From Lama glama (lineage: Eukaryota), in the NCBI GenBank assembly GCA_028534125.1, contig CM052816.1:45758001-45822000 (forward strand): a stretch of DNA of 64,000 nt. The letters run 5' to 3'. Positions 51,238-63,800 of the stretch are shown piece after piece (the stretch's first letter is position 1; each line of letters opens with the position of its first letter). The position numbers and the translations under genes are program-made. The notes beneath the pieces were generated by a model, which saw nothing but the letters and a program-made list of their open reading frames with translations, had not been told where the DNA came from and did not search any database.

Positions 51238-51939
51238 ATTATTCTGTGGCTCAGATGGGGATAGGGGCCAATTATCAAGTTTTGTTTGGTTGATTTTAAG
51301 TAGTTTGTTACCTGGATACTCAACAAATAAGAAAACTGGAAAAAAAAAACAAAACTTGTTTTCTTCTTCCCTAGAAAGGAAACAGTCATTGTGGAAAAAA
51401 AAAATCTTCAAATTTCAAACAACATGGTAAATTATTTAGTTCAGATAAAGAGTTTCTAAACTGTTGACTTTATTTAGAGACTAGCACAAGGCCTGTGAAC
51501 CGAGATAGCTTTCATGCTGTGAATTGGATTTTTTGTTAACTCTGTTGATCCTATAATACCAGCTTTAAATAATTCTACTCCTTCTTTTCAAATTTTTCTG
51601 GTGCTTTCAAATTTGTATGTGTGTATTTTTATAGTTACTCCTTTTGTCAGTTTTGCTGCTTGGCCTTCTCCCTCCCTCCCATGGTGGCAGTAGGATTGTT
51701 AATTAATGATATTCCAGAGGCAATTTCTGGAGTGACTATTGGAAAACCCAATTTAATTAACAAAATGATAAATACCCCACTGCAGTAGTGCTGCAGCGAA
51801 GTTCATCTCTGTCATTCAAAATCCATGATTCTAAAACATCCTCCGACATTTTGGTGAGGATGTTGGGCACTTAAAGTCTGGATCTTCTATCAAAGATTTC
51901 ACAGGAAGCCAGAGAGGGAGAAATGAAGAGTGAAAAGGA

Positions 51940-52039
51940 GAAAGAAGAACTGGACAAAATTAAAATGCTGTTCTGTCATTGTAATAGTTCATATGGGCAC
52001 TGACAGGAGAGCATTTTAATTTTGTCAAGTGTGTCTGCT
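51940..52039 (+). ncRNA. MIR3660: pre-miRNA hairpin, probable miR-3660 orthologue (3p mature ~51999-52019 ACUGACAGGAGAGCAUUUUAA)
   Basis: Perfect 17-bp stem (51953-51969 with 52010-52026) extending to ~30 bp with a ~14-nt loop; the 3' arm matches my recollection of miR-3660 (ACUGACAGGAGAGCAUUUUGA); CNNC motifs at 52035-52041. Confidence 0.85.
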
Positions 52040-54438
52040 ACTCATTTATTCCATCTCCTGTTGTTATCAAAGTTTCAGATTAAATGTAAAGATATGAATG
52101 TATTGCTATAATAAATTTATAAGTGGATATTTAAAGAGCAAAGATTTGAATGACATAAATGAACCTCAGTGTAGCAGTAAAGTGGATAGGATTTGCAGAA
52201 AGATGCCACAGAAGTCAGAAATGACTGCTGGAATCACCTTAATTAAAAAAAAGAAAAAAAGAAAGAAAAACTTGAGCTGCGTGAGCCTCCACGGAAGGTA
52301 TCTTAATATGAAATTAGGCTTACTTTACATTATTTATGTACTTTAAAATAATCTAATAAAAGCTTTAGAAAATCTGATTAAACTATTATTCAGATGTAAG
52401 ACAAATACTTGGACAATGGAAAATTAGGCTGTTACATTTGGGGGCAGAAGGTAAGATTCTAGACAAAATTAAACACCATGTTATTTAAGAAGTATGGATT
52501 TATTTGTAAGATACCTATAAAATAGTAATTGTTCTTGAAATTATGTTTTATTAAGTGAATAGTAATCCCAGTGTTATAAACTGTAGAAAGAACACTTTCT
52601 GAGGATGCCTTATTTTACAAGAGGCTTAGTATGTGTTTAGATTTCACAGTAAAATCATATAACCTGAGACACTCTTATGAAGTTTGCATAACAGTGGTAT
52701 TCACAATGAGAGAGAAAGTAGTGGATGGAGACACCCAGCTATGATTACATGATGTATGGTTAAGACTCAGTGCAGAGCTGGAAAGAAGCAATGAGGAGCT
52801 AAACTAAGGATACAAGGATAAATTATTTGACATGATCCTAAGCAGACCTGACTTACAAAAGTCCTGACACTCAAACAGCAGATAACCCTGAAGGCAATCT
52901 GAAAAAGAAAAATAAGGTGGTCATACTAGCAGATATGAAAGGAGATGAGTAAGCTTTTCTGAAATGTCTGAACCACTGTTGAAAAGCATGTCCTTCAATT
53001 GTGACCACTGCTTCTTTTTTCTTCTCATGCCTGCTGCCTTCCAGCTAATACAGGGATTCGCTTTTGCTTATCTGCTTTAACACAGAAGAACCCTGGTGGG
53101 GATAAAGTTATAAGGATTGTAAGGAAGAGGGAAAGAAAAATGCATACAGAAATAACAGTGGAAGTTTCAAAATAATAGCATGAGAAAGACCATGTTTAGG
53201 CTGTTTTTTAATTTTATCCAAATAAATACTACTTTCAAAATAATATCTGACGAGCGTAGATGGAGAGGAAGAAGATGAAAAACTTCTCACTTAGCCTCTG
53301 ATTCAGTATTTTATTTTTGGTTGAGTATAGATAGTAAATCTTAGGAGCAGTCCAGTTAGTCCAATGCTTTAAAAATGTCTTACAGGACTGATAAAGCTCA
53401 TGCTTTTAGTAGGCCTTTTCAGTAAGTTGGGGTAAGGGGAGAATCTTGGTCACTTTAGCAAATGACCAATGGCAACAGATTTTGCCTAATAAGTAGATTT
53501 TATGTGGTAGATACCCCACCAAACTTTTAAACAATTAAATTAGATTTTATTATAAAGTCAAGCTAATATTAAACATTATTATTTTTAAACTAGATATTAT
53601 TGGTTATATTACTGCTCAAAGTGGGAATACTCATTTTAAAGTATGGGACAGATCTTGGATAAACAATGTATGGAATTGGATTTCCAAAATGTGCATATGT
53701 AGCAGGGTCACAATGTATTAATTGCCATGGGAGGGTGCAGTCCTAAGTAACTAATCTTTCTCATGACCTCCCTCGTCACTGAGTGGTGTGCAGGGAGGTG
53801 TGGTAGGAAGAAGTTTTGACAGTCAGTGGTCTCCCAGCCTCTTCATATTTGAGACAGCCTCTTTTATAAAAATGCTAACCCTTTGGATTTCTTCTTCCAT
53901 CCCCAGAGAGCATCTGGGTAGATTGGTGACAATGAAAATAGTGTGACTAGTCCCAGTCCCATCTGGCCTCTATGGTTGTCATAAAGGCAACCACTACTGA
54001 AGGCCATGGTCCCAGCTATTTGCATGTAGCATACTGAAAGCTCACTAAATGTCTTGATCTTGATTCCAGGCTGCTGCCTTTTAACCAGTCGTCTCAGAAC
54101 TCCATAACCCTTACTGAGGCATGCAGGAACTTCTAAACCCCTACCCGCAGACCATGGATAACTAGGAGCACTGTCTCACATTCACATCTCTGGCCACTTC
54201 CCTGTACTTCCCTCCCTTTTCCAAAACTATTCCTAGAATCTTGCAGCTTCTCTCAGGCTTTGGAGAGAGGCCACTTGCCATAATGTTCCAAAATTTCCTC
54301 AGATATAGGCTCCTCCTCAAGTTTGGCCCCTTTTTACTCTATCTCTGGATCTTATCTTGAATCTTACTCCAGTAGGGCCACCAGGGAAGGGCTTTCTACT
54401 TTGTCTTCGTAAATGGAAAAAAATTTACTGTAAGTTAT

Positions 54439-55002
54439 TGTGTTAGGGTTTTCCAGAGAAACAGAACTGATAGTCAGTCTCTTTCTCTTTATCTCTGTCT
54501 GTCTAACTATCCATCCATCTACCTATATCTAGAAAGAGATTTATTATAAGCAATTGGTAAACATATGTATAGAGGCTAATAAGTCCCACCATCTACCCTC
54601 TGCAAGCTGGAGATCCAAGGAAGCTGGCGATGTAGTTCCAGTTGTTGTTCAAAGGCCTGAGAACCAGGAGAGCTGATGGTATAAATTCTAGTTCAATTCC
54701 AAGGACTTGAGAGCTGTTGGTCTAAGTTCCTGTCCAAGGGCAGGAGAAGACTGATGTCCCAACTCAGGAGTCAGGCTGAGAAAATGAATTCTCCCTTTCT
54801 CCACCTTTTTGTTCTATTCAGGCCCTCGACTGGATGATGCCCATGCACATTGGAGAGGGCAGTCTGCTCTAGTAAGTCTAGCAGATTCCAATGTTAATCT
54901 CATCCAGAAATACTCTCACAGACACATCCAGAAATAATGTTTAACCAAGTATCTGGGCAACTCATGATCCAGTCAAGTAGATACACAAAATTACCAATCA
55001 TG
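54439..55002 (-). mobile_element. ERVL solo LTR (MLT2-like)
   Basis: ttagggttttccagagaaacagaac...tgcaagctggaga...aaggcctgagaaccaggagagc...ccagtcaagtagatacacaaaatta; approximate TSD gttat/gtcat. Confidence 0.9.
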
Positions 55003-55249
55003 GTCATGAACTCCTTTACAGTTTCACCACATTTTTCCTATTTCATCTAACTCAAAATGCAATGCCCCCCACGATCTTTACATTCCCATCAAGCCTCATG
55101 TGAACTCATCCCTTCATACCTCTCTGACATTATCTCCTGGTAATTTTCCTCTTGCTCATTCTTCTCCAGGTACATGGACTTCCTCATTTTTCCTTGAAAT
55201 TGTGAAGGGGCTCCAGCCTCAGGGCCTTTCGCTTATTGCTCTTTTGCTA

Positions 55250-58060
55250 CTTGACCTTCAGAATTCAATAAATTTATAGATAAAACTGATGACCCCTTTG
55301 CAGTCCTTGCAGACGTGGCTGTTCCCTTCCCTCTCTGTCACTGCTCTCCTGAAGTTGCTTGAATCCTTCCTAAAAATGTTTACCCCTCTTTTTCCTTTTA
55401 CTACTTACGTATGCATCTATGAAAATAAAAATATTATTTGTGTGTTTAAATATTTTTATAGATGGAATCATGCAGTATGCATCATTCTGTAAATTCCTTA
55501 CTTTAATTCAACATTATGCCTTAAAAAACATTCCATTTTAATATATGTAGATATTTCATAGTGACCCATTTAGAAATGTACCATCACTTATATATCAGTG
55601 TCCTACTGATGGATATTAACTTATTTTCCATTTTCCTTAGTAGACATGCTGCAAAGGACATCATTGTTTAAATATCCTTGTGTATATATTAAGATTTATT
55701 TCTAGTATATATGCCTAGCAGTGAAATTATTGGACCTAATGGAGTTAATGAGTATTGCCAAATTGTCTTTCAAATTTATACTGTTGCCTGCATTCTATAC
55801 TAGATCCTCTGAACTACAGTCTGACCTACTCTTAGCATTTAGAATTTTTTGGTCAATATTTTATAGACAAAACACTGTGTTATTTTGAATTTGCATTTCT
55901 CTGATTTAACTGAAGGAGATTCAGTGTATGTTTATATGTTCACTGGCTGTTGGGCTTTCATCATCTGGGAATGTTTATAGTTTTTGACTATATTTCTATT
56001 TGGTAATCACAGTTTTCTTATTTGTTATATTTTATATGTTCTGGATACTTTCACCTTGTTGTTTATATAGGATACAATTATCTTTCCAAGTATGTGTCTT
56101 GAAATCAAATGAATGTGTCTTTTAGCTAGGTTTATGGAATCTGTTGTCATAGCATAATTTTAAACTTTAATTTAGCCAATTTATTTCCCCCCTTTTATGT
56201 TTGCTATTTAGGACATACCCTTCTTTACTAAGGCCATGAAATGTTCTCTAAAATTTTCACCAGAAATTTTTCAGGTTTTATCTTTTGTGTAATAGTTTTT
56301 TAAGCTGTCTGGAATTGATTTTGTAAGTTATGTGTGGAGTAATCTAGTTTCCTCATTCTATTTGTTTTCCCTATCTATAGAGAAATGAGACGTTATTTTT
56401 CATATAATTAACAAAATGACCTAGCACTTTGTATTAAATAATCTGTTCTTTTCTCACCAAAGTGCAAATACTTAACAGTATATATAGTTGCCACTTATGT
56501 ATTGGTACATTTGTGGGCTCTTTATTATGTTCTATTGTTCAGTAAGCCCCTCCCACTCCTGCTTCTCTTTCTTCTTCAAGGTGGTCATAATTACTTTAGC
56601 TCGTTATCTTAGATACAAACTTCTGAATCTTCAAGATGGTCATAATTATTTTAGTTCTTTATTCTTAGATACAAACTTTCTAATCTTTTCAAGTTTCATG
56701 AACAGTCTTATCTGGTTTGGGAATCATACTTAGGCTAAGTTTATGAAATGAGTTTGGTAGCTTTTATTCTTTTCAAGTCTGTTGAACAGATTTCATAAGA
56801 TAGGAATTACCTGTTTGAAAGCCTTCAGTCATTTCTAGAATCATTTCTAAAATTGTCTCTAGTTCTTATCTTTTTCGTGGGAACTGGTTTTGGATTAGTG
56901 ATTTGGATTAGTGTTTATGAATATTCATAATGCTTTAAATTTTTTACTTACTCTGTAGTCAGTTTTCATAATGTATGTTCTTATAGGAAAGTAAATTTTT
57001 TTTGAAATGTTTAAAATGGTCATTTGTTTAGAGTGCTATGATTTAAAAAGCTCTACTCTTTCAATGATTGTATTCATCTTTTTTAAACTTCTAGTACTTT
57101 TAACTTGTTCTTTCTTTCTCTGCCTTTTTCGATCAACCTTACAAGTGTTTCCTACTAGTTCTTCTAGTGTACCAATTTTCATCAATAATTTTTATAATTT
57201 TTTTCTCTTTCATTAACTACTACTGTCTTAATTATTTCCTGCCTGTATCTTGCTTTAATCTTACTCTGCTCCTTTGCTGGTTTTTGGAGTTCTTTGCTAA
57301 TTCTTTTGAATCATTTTTATTTATTTATTAACAAATATATTTTGGGTTATAAACAACTTAATTTTGCATTAGATGCATTCCACAAGTTTTTTAATGCAAT
57401 TTTTCCATTGTCATTCAATTATAAATATTTTATAGTCTCCTCTTTACTTTTACATCAATGCATTATTTAATTATTTGTTCTTTATAGTATGCTTTATTTA
57501 GAGATTTATTCTTTAACCTAAGTGACATTTAGAAATATAGTCCAGACTACTGCGTTGTATTTTTATTGTTCATTTCTTACTTAACTGTGGTTGGAGAACA
57601 TGGTCTGTGTTGAAGTGATTTTTTTTAATATTTGTTGGGATTTCTTTGTGTCCTAACACTGGATCAATGTGTGTAAAAGTTTCTGTCTGTGCTTACAAAG
57701 AATATATGTTTTATATCTGGGGGAATAACAGTATTCTAAATCTATCTAATAAAGAGAGTCATTTAAATGTGCTGTTCACATTTTATATATCTTACTTTTT
57801 TGTCCATTTTGTCAGTTTCAGAAAGAGAAATGCTAAAATAGTCCATTTTGTTTGAGGTTTTGACATTATTTTTCTTGTAATTCTCTAAGGTTTTTCTTTT
57901 ATCCGCTTAAAGTTATCTTTTTAGGCATCTGTAGAGTCAATTGTAATATCCTATATGTAGACTGTTTAAATTTATATAGCTTCCTTTTTTATTTCTATTA
58001 ATGCTATTTGCCCTTTATTTTTTCTGCTATTCATCTTGCTGCATCAGCTTTGTTTTACTA
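55250..58060 (-). mobile_element. Long, highly degraded old L1 (L1ME/L1M4-5 type), fragmented
   Basis: gatggaatcatgcagtatg; tgcctagcagtgaaattattgg; tttgcatttctctgatt; gatgcattccacaagttt; ctgtggttggagaacatggtctgt; strongly T-rich. Confidence 0.75.
56573..56693. repeat. ~55-bp tandem duplication (about two units) within old L1
   Basis: tcttcaaggtggtcataattactttagctcgttatcttagatacaaacttctgaa / tcttcaagatggtcataattattttagttctttattcttagatacaaactttctaa. Confidence 0.9.
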
Positions 58061-59362
58061 TTTACTATGAATCAGCATATTTGCTATGAATGTCCCTTCT
58101 CTCTGAGAAATAGGTACATTCTAACGTTTATCTAGCAACTGGCTAGGATTCTAATTCAAACTAAGATAACACTTAGCACCATAATATTGCTCACAACAAG
58201 ATTTCAAATATTGCCTCTTTCTAATGTCATGACCTCACTCTGGTTATGAATTGTGGATTGTGGATTGTCTCTTGAGGTCAAATTCTACATTTGGATTTGT
58301 TCCTGGATTGTCCTTGTGGCTCTCTTTGGAGGTACCTGGATCACTCATAGTTCAGTCAGCTAGGGTGAGACAGAAGACTTAACCTGTAACCAATCCTTAC
58401 ATCCTGTAACCAATATCTACTTTCTCTCATTTGAAGTAGATTCCTAAGGAACAGAAGAATAATGTGTGAGAGAACCTGCAGATTGATTATGTAAGGATTA
58501 AGGTCAAGTTTCCCTGAAGACTTTGGAAATGAGGAAAGTAAGATCATCCTCAGAATGTTAAATTCAAGTTTTTATATAAATATATCAAGTTGGGAAATGT
58601 TAAGTTGCTTCCAAGATAGACCACAGCAAATTCTGTTCTGAATGAAGGTGTTAAAGAATTTGTCTAACAGTAAGGGGAGTAGTTGGCTCTAAAGTCTAGA
58701 GAAAGGAAAAACACAGAGATAAACTTTGGGTGTGTCCTTGCAGCTTTCCTAAGGGACAAAGCCTTCAATAGCTAAAGGGCTTTTAAGCTGTGTGATCCCA
58801 TTCGCAAAACCATGATTTCTGAGGAAAAGAATACAGCAGGTGTAGCCAACAATCTTCAAGTATTCCAACCTAATAAAAAGATTGTCTTCAATATCAACAG
58901 CTGGAGACATAAGATTCTCTTATCCTTGATGCCATTCAACATTGATTTAGCTGACTAAATTCTCTTGTCCTAATTCTGTGCTCATTAAGCAAGCTTTTTA
59001 TTATTATTTGGTTTCCCATATAGGTCTGCTTTTAGGTAGAAAATTGGCTCACATAAGTATTCTGATTGCTGAAATATATTTCTCCTCACTGTAAATTAGT
59101 AACTTACTATTCTGACTTTACTTTTCTTGTATTTTTTTTCCTTTAGAATAAGAATGCATATGGTTAAAGGATGAGCCTTTTGATTTGAAACATGTAGTCA
59201 TTTCTTTAATGGTTGTATGGTTTTCCATTTTATGGCAGTTCAACAAACATTTCATTAATTTAGGTAGTTGGCTATGTTGCTATACAGACAATGCAATGAC
59301 ATGCTTTATGAACACATGCAGTGGTGTCAGATAAATTTTAAAAGTTGCTTCCCATGTTTCTT

Positions 59363-60225
59363 TTTTTAAATTGAAGTATAGTTGATTTACAATATTAGTT
59401 TTAGGTTTATAACACAGTGATTCAATATTTTTATAGATTGTAATCCATTTAAAGTTCTTACAAAATAATGGCTATATTTCCCTGTGCTGTACAATATGTC
59501 CTTGTTGTTTATTTTATACATAGTAGTTTGTATCTCTTAATTCCCTACCTCTATCTTGACCTCCCCCTTCCCTTTCCCCACTGGTAACCAGTGGTTTGTT
59601 CTTTATATATGTGAATCTTTTTCTGTTTTGTATATAAAATTTGTTTTTTTTTAGATTCCACATTTAAATATAGCATAGGATATTTGTCTTTGACTTATTT
59701 CACAAAGCATAATACTCTCTAGGTCTATCCACATTGTTGCAAATGGCAGAATTTGATTCTTTTTTATGGCTAAGTAATATTCCACTGAGTAACATTCCAT
59801 TCATATATATATATATATCTCTCACATCTTTTTTATCCACTCATCTCTTGATGGACACTTAGATTGCTTCCATGTTTTGGTATTGTAAATAATGAATATT
59901 GGGGTGTATGTATCTTTTCAAATTAATGTTTTCATTTTATCCAGCTATCTACCCAGCAGTGGAATTGCTGAATGATATGGTAGTTTTATTTTATGGTAGT
60001 CTTTTGAGGAACCACCATACTGTTTTCCATAGTGGCTGAACCAATTTACAATCCCCTCTACAGTGTACTAGGGTTCCCTTTCCTCCACATCCTTGCTAAC
60101 ATTTGTTATTTGTAGACTTTTTGATAATAGCCGTTTTGACAGGTGCGAGGTGATATCTCATTGTGGTTTTTGTTTTGCATTTCTCTGATGGTTAGTTGAG
60201 CAATTTTTTATGTACCTGTTGGCCA
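59363..60225 (-). mobile_element. 5'-truncated LINE-1 (older cetartiodactyl/L1MA-type)
   Basis: aattgaagtatagttgatttacaatatt 3' end through catactgttttccatagtggctg...gaggtgatatctcattgtggttt; 11-bp TSD ccatgtttctt at 59352-59362 and 60226-60236 followed by aa (L1 endonuclease-like site). Confidence 0.9.
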
Positions 60226-60774
60226 CCATGTTTCTTAATTTTGAGAAAGATTCTCCTATTATGTTCACATATTCACATGAGTACTCTGGCACATGTGAAG
60301 GTATATTACATTGGGGTTTATATCACCCTCTTTATCTGGATGTGTGTATCTATATGCTTATGTGTGATGTTATATTGCATTGGGGCTTATATAATAGTGA
60401 AATGACTGATTCAGTGGGGAAGTTGACATGAGTCTGCCTTGGAGAGGTGGATTTGCTTTCAGACCCAGAAAAAAAAATGATATATTTGAGCCTGCAAGTC
60501 TAAGGAACAGAGCCTTGACTAAGGAAAATTCTCAAAGACAATATTTGTGACTCTAAGCTTCCTGTGAGAACTTTCCCAAGTGACATGACATCATTATATG
60601 CTTAAAATGTGTACTAGTACTCCCATTATTTATTTAAATAACTGAGAAAAATTTGTAAAATTGCTTAATCCTCCCCACCATAGTTTATCCACCGATGCTC
60701 TGATTCCACAACAGCTTTCTATTTGTTTAATCTAGAGCTTAAGAATTGGTCATATTATTCACTCATCACTTACT

Positions 60775-61345
60775 GTGATTGCTTCCTGGGTGCACTTCTC
60801 ACTCACATATTCTTTGAAATCTCCTTGGTGCACAGGATTGTGGTTGAATTATTGCCTGCCACTTTTCTGAAGGCTACTCTTCTTCAATCCACCTGGTAAC
60901 AGCAGAGGCAACCATTTTCATACAGTGTGTTTGTATTCATCTTGCTACAGTTGATTGGTCCCAAGTTATATATCTTACCCAAGCTAAGCAATCAGACTGT
61001 TTGAATATGGACTTAACCTAATACACCATAGCTTCACTTTGATTGCTCTTTTATAAAATCAAAAACATAAATGCACTTTTTTATTTCAAATGAGTTAGGG
61101 AGTAGAGAGAGCTGGTCTATATTGAGCTCTTGACAAAAATAAACATGGGTAAAAAGAGATGTAGGTAATGAGAGATTAGGAGAAAAGACTTTCTAAATTG
61201 TGTATAACATTTTAGTCCTTGGTTTCAGCATATTTATTCCTATAGCTCAGCTGCATTCCCCGCTCTTGAGTTCCTTTACCTTTACACTAAATTTTGCCTT
61301 CTTACCATGAAGCTGGCGTAAGTTTCTGTCTTAGGACTAAAGGAG
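60775..61345 (+). mobile_element. Ancient ERVL LTR (LTR33/LTR16-like)
   Basis: gctacagttgattggtcccaag...cttacccaagctaagcaatcaga...aaattttgccttctt...gaagctggcgtaagtttctgtc. Confidence 0.55.
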
Positions 61346-62844
61346 GAATCATATGCTCCATTTTATCCTCTTCTAGTAAGTTTGTCTTGAATGCAAAGCT
61401 CTGACCCTGAGTTAAAGTTTTCCTCCGAAGTCTTCCAGCCCATAACCAAAGAATCGAATTGAAGGTGGTTCATCAAATGTGAGATTGCTTGTGCTATTTG
61501 TAAAGTTATTTATTTCATGAAAGGAAAGCTTGATCACTTACACTGAAAATTAATTTCCATGTAAAATATTTCAATGTGTTTTATACACAGATTTTTAAAA
61601 AATAAAAACTACACAATTGTTCGATAACTTGGAACAATACATATTTATCTATTTCTATGATATGTATGCATATTTACACAAATACACTTGCATACACATA
61701 CATTTTCTTCTAGGGAAGACTTTAAACCAATTTTGTGTGAATTTGAATGCTCACAGAAAAAACTGAAGCTTTTTTCTATTTAAGAAGTTACACTCTTACC
61801 TTTTAAATTTTCCCAATAGAATTTCACAGAATAAAAATGATTCTTTTATAGAATTAAAAAAAATCTTTTCTCCTTTCATTTTTATCTGTACTATAAATGT
61901 CTATTTAGTTCCCATGGAAATGCAGACTCAAGTTTAAAATATCTGTATGCATGTGTTTGTATATGTGTATGAGGAAAAGCATGCTATGAGTAAAACCCCT
62001 AGTTGTGCAGGCTAATAGTCTGTTTCTGACAATGAGACCAAATGAATTTGACAGAAAGACCCTTTCATCCTCTATGGAGCAAGCTCAAGGGCCTAGGGAT
62101 CTTAGAGTTGAAGCAGAGTTTAAGGAAGGGTTGTCTGGAAAACATGGGATTTACTTGAATTATTTTACTGCATTTTCTGGACTTTTCATTCTGTGAAAAA
62201 TTATATATGATTTCCTTCATTAGAAACTTCAAAAGTAAAAACATAAAATAGAACAAAGGCAGAGACACACTGATACCTGGGCAGACTCAAGCCAAGCCAT
62301 GGACACTGCTCGGGCACCAGACCTCTCTCATGAGGATGGTGTCCCAGCCCTAAGAGACAGACTGTGATTGTCTACAATCTTTAAAAGTCCCAAAGATTCT
62401 ATGGCCTTAGAATCCTTCTGTGAGTCCCTACCAGAACTCTAAGAGCAAAAAAGTCTTCCCAGATAAAGCTCCATCTATTATTTCTTTGACTTCTTTCAGG
62501 CATGTATAGCACAGGTAAATTCTGACATTAAGCTCCAGCCAGGTTTAAAGAGCATTCATATCATCAAATAAAAACACTCCGTGTGTGTTTACAAGAGTGT
62601 TGTTGAACAGATAAGGATGCTGCCAGCTAACTTGTTTTTGGCCTTATGTTACTTATTCATTAAAATTTATAGGCATTAAGTTGGTAAAAAGTTCCAAGCA
62701 AGAAAATTTGCCAAGACTAATGTACTTGTTCTTGATACTTCCGTTTTATATTTGGGAGAACAAACAGATATTGCTGCCTTGTCATTTTTAAAGGCCAAAC
62801 AGATGATTGCTATAGGAATTATTTTTGTTTAAAATCGTATTTTA

Positions 62845-63030
62845 TAGAATCATAAAAATCTTAAAGATAGGAGGTCATGTAATCCAAATAACATTTCTTA
62901 AATAGAGATATTTATCAACTTCTTTAATTCATGTCCATGAACTTTGGCTTTCCTAGGGAATTTAGCAAGTTAGAAAGCAGTCTATTCCATGGGTGGCTAA
63001 CTTTAATGGAGAGTTTCCTCCTTAGAGCAA
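62845..63030 (-). mobile_element. L3/CR1 3' relic
   Basis: atagaatcataaaaatcttaaagataggaggtcatgtaatccaa...gcagtctattccat...gagtttcctcctta. Confidence 0.45.
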
Positions 63031-63679
63031 GCTATTCTTTTTTTTCTTCTGTATGATCAGGTATGTGTTACTTTTACTTGACTACTATCACAAGTTGTTA
63101 CAAGACCATTGATGAACCAAACCATCCCAGGTGCTTAAAATCATGGAGGCACTGTATTTTTCAAGCAGAGAAATGAAAAATCAGCTTCTTTCTTTTGGTT
63201 AATATCCTTGTAAGTTTATACTTTGAGCACCAGTGCAACCCAACAGAGAGCAGTGATAGATTAAAATTGATTAGACAAAGTTCAGAAGACCTTGTCTGCC
63301 TCAAAAGTAAGCATCCCAAGGAGCAATGTGGCAAATGGTGCTGAAACCATGAGCTTATTGATTCTAGTGCTTCTCCAGACAGATGGAAACAAACAGGCCA
63401 CATAAGATTAACTGGACTCCTATGCAAGAGAGTAGCAGGAATCAATCTCACTGGATAAAATTTGAGGCTAGTACAACCTCTCCCTTCACCCATTCTACCC
63501 TAACATATGAAAGACATGCAAGAAAAAAATGACAAAAACTTTTTATTTTTTAAGATTATCAAAATTTAGATCTTCTATGCCTTTACTGACTGCGGAACTT
63601 CTTACTCCCATTTCATGTCCTACACACATGTCTAGCACAGCACCTACAACAGGAGTGTATCTCCTGGCCAACAGGTTTA

Positions 63680-63800
63680 GCTCCCTTGACAATGTTGTGT
63701 TTCTTGGTGTCAGATGCCATATTACTCAACTCTGGATAGATGATAGCCTAGTTCTTGGCACTGAGGAGGTACTTCATTTATATTTATTGGATGAAGGAAG
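63680..63800 (+). mobile_element. L2 3' end
   Basis: gcctagttcttggcactgaggaggtacttcatttatatttattggatgaaggaagg. Confidence 0.6.

Noticed and set aside
51832..51848. Resemblance to miR-30 family (aaacatcctccgac)
   Set aside because: Lacks the UGUAAAC seed start and a miR-30-like precursor; a chance partial match
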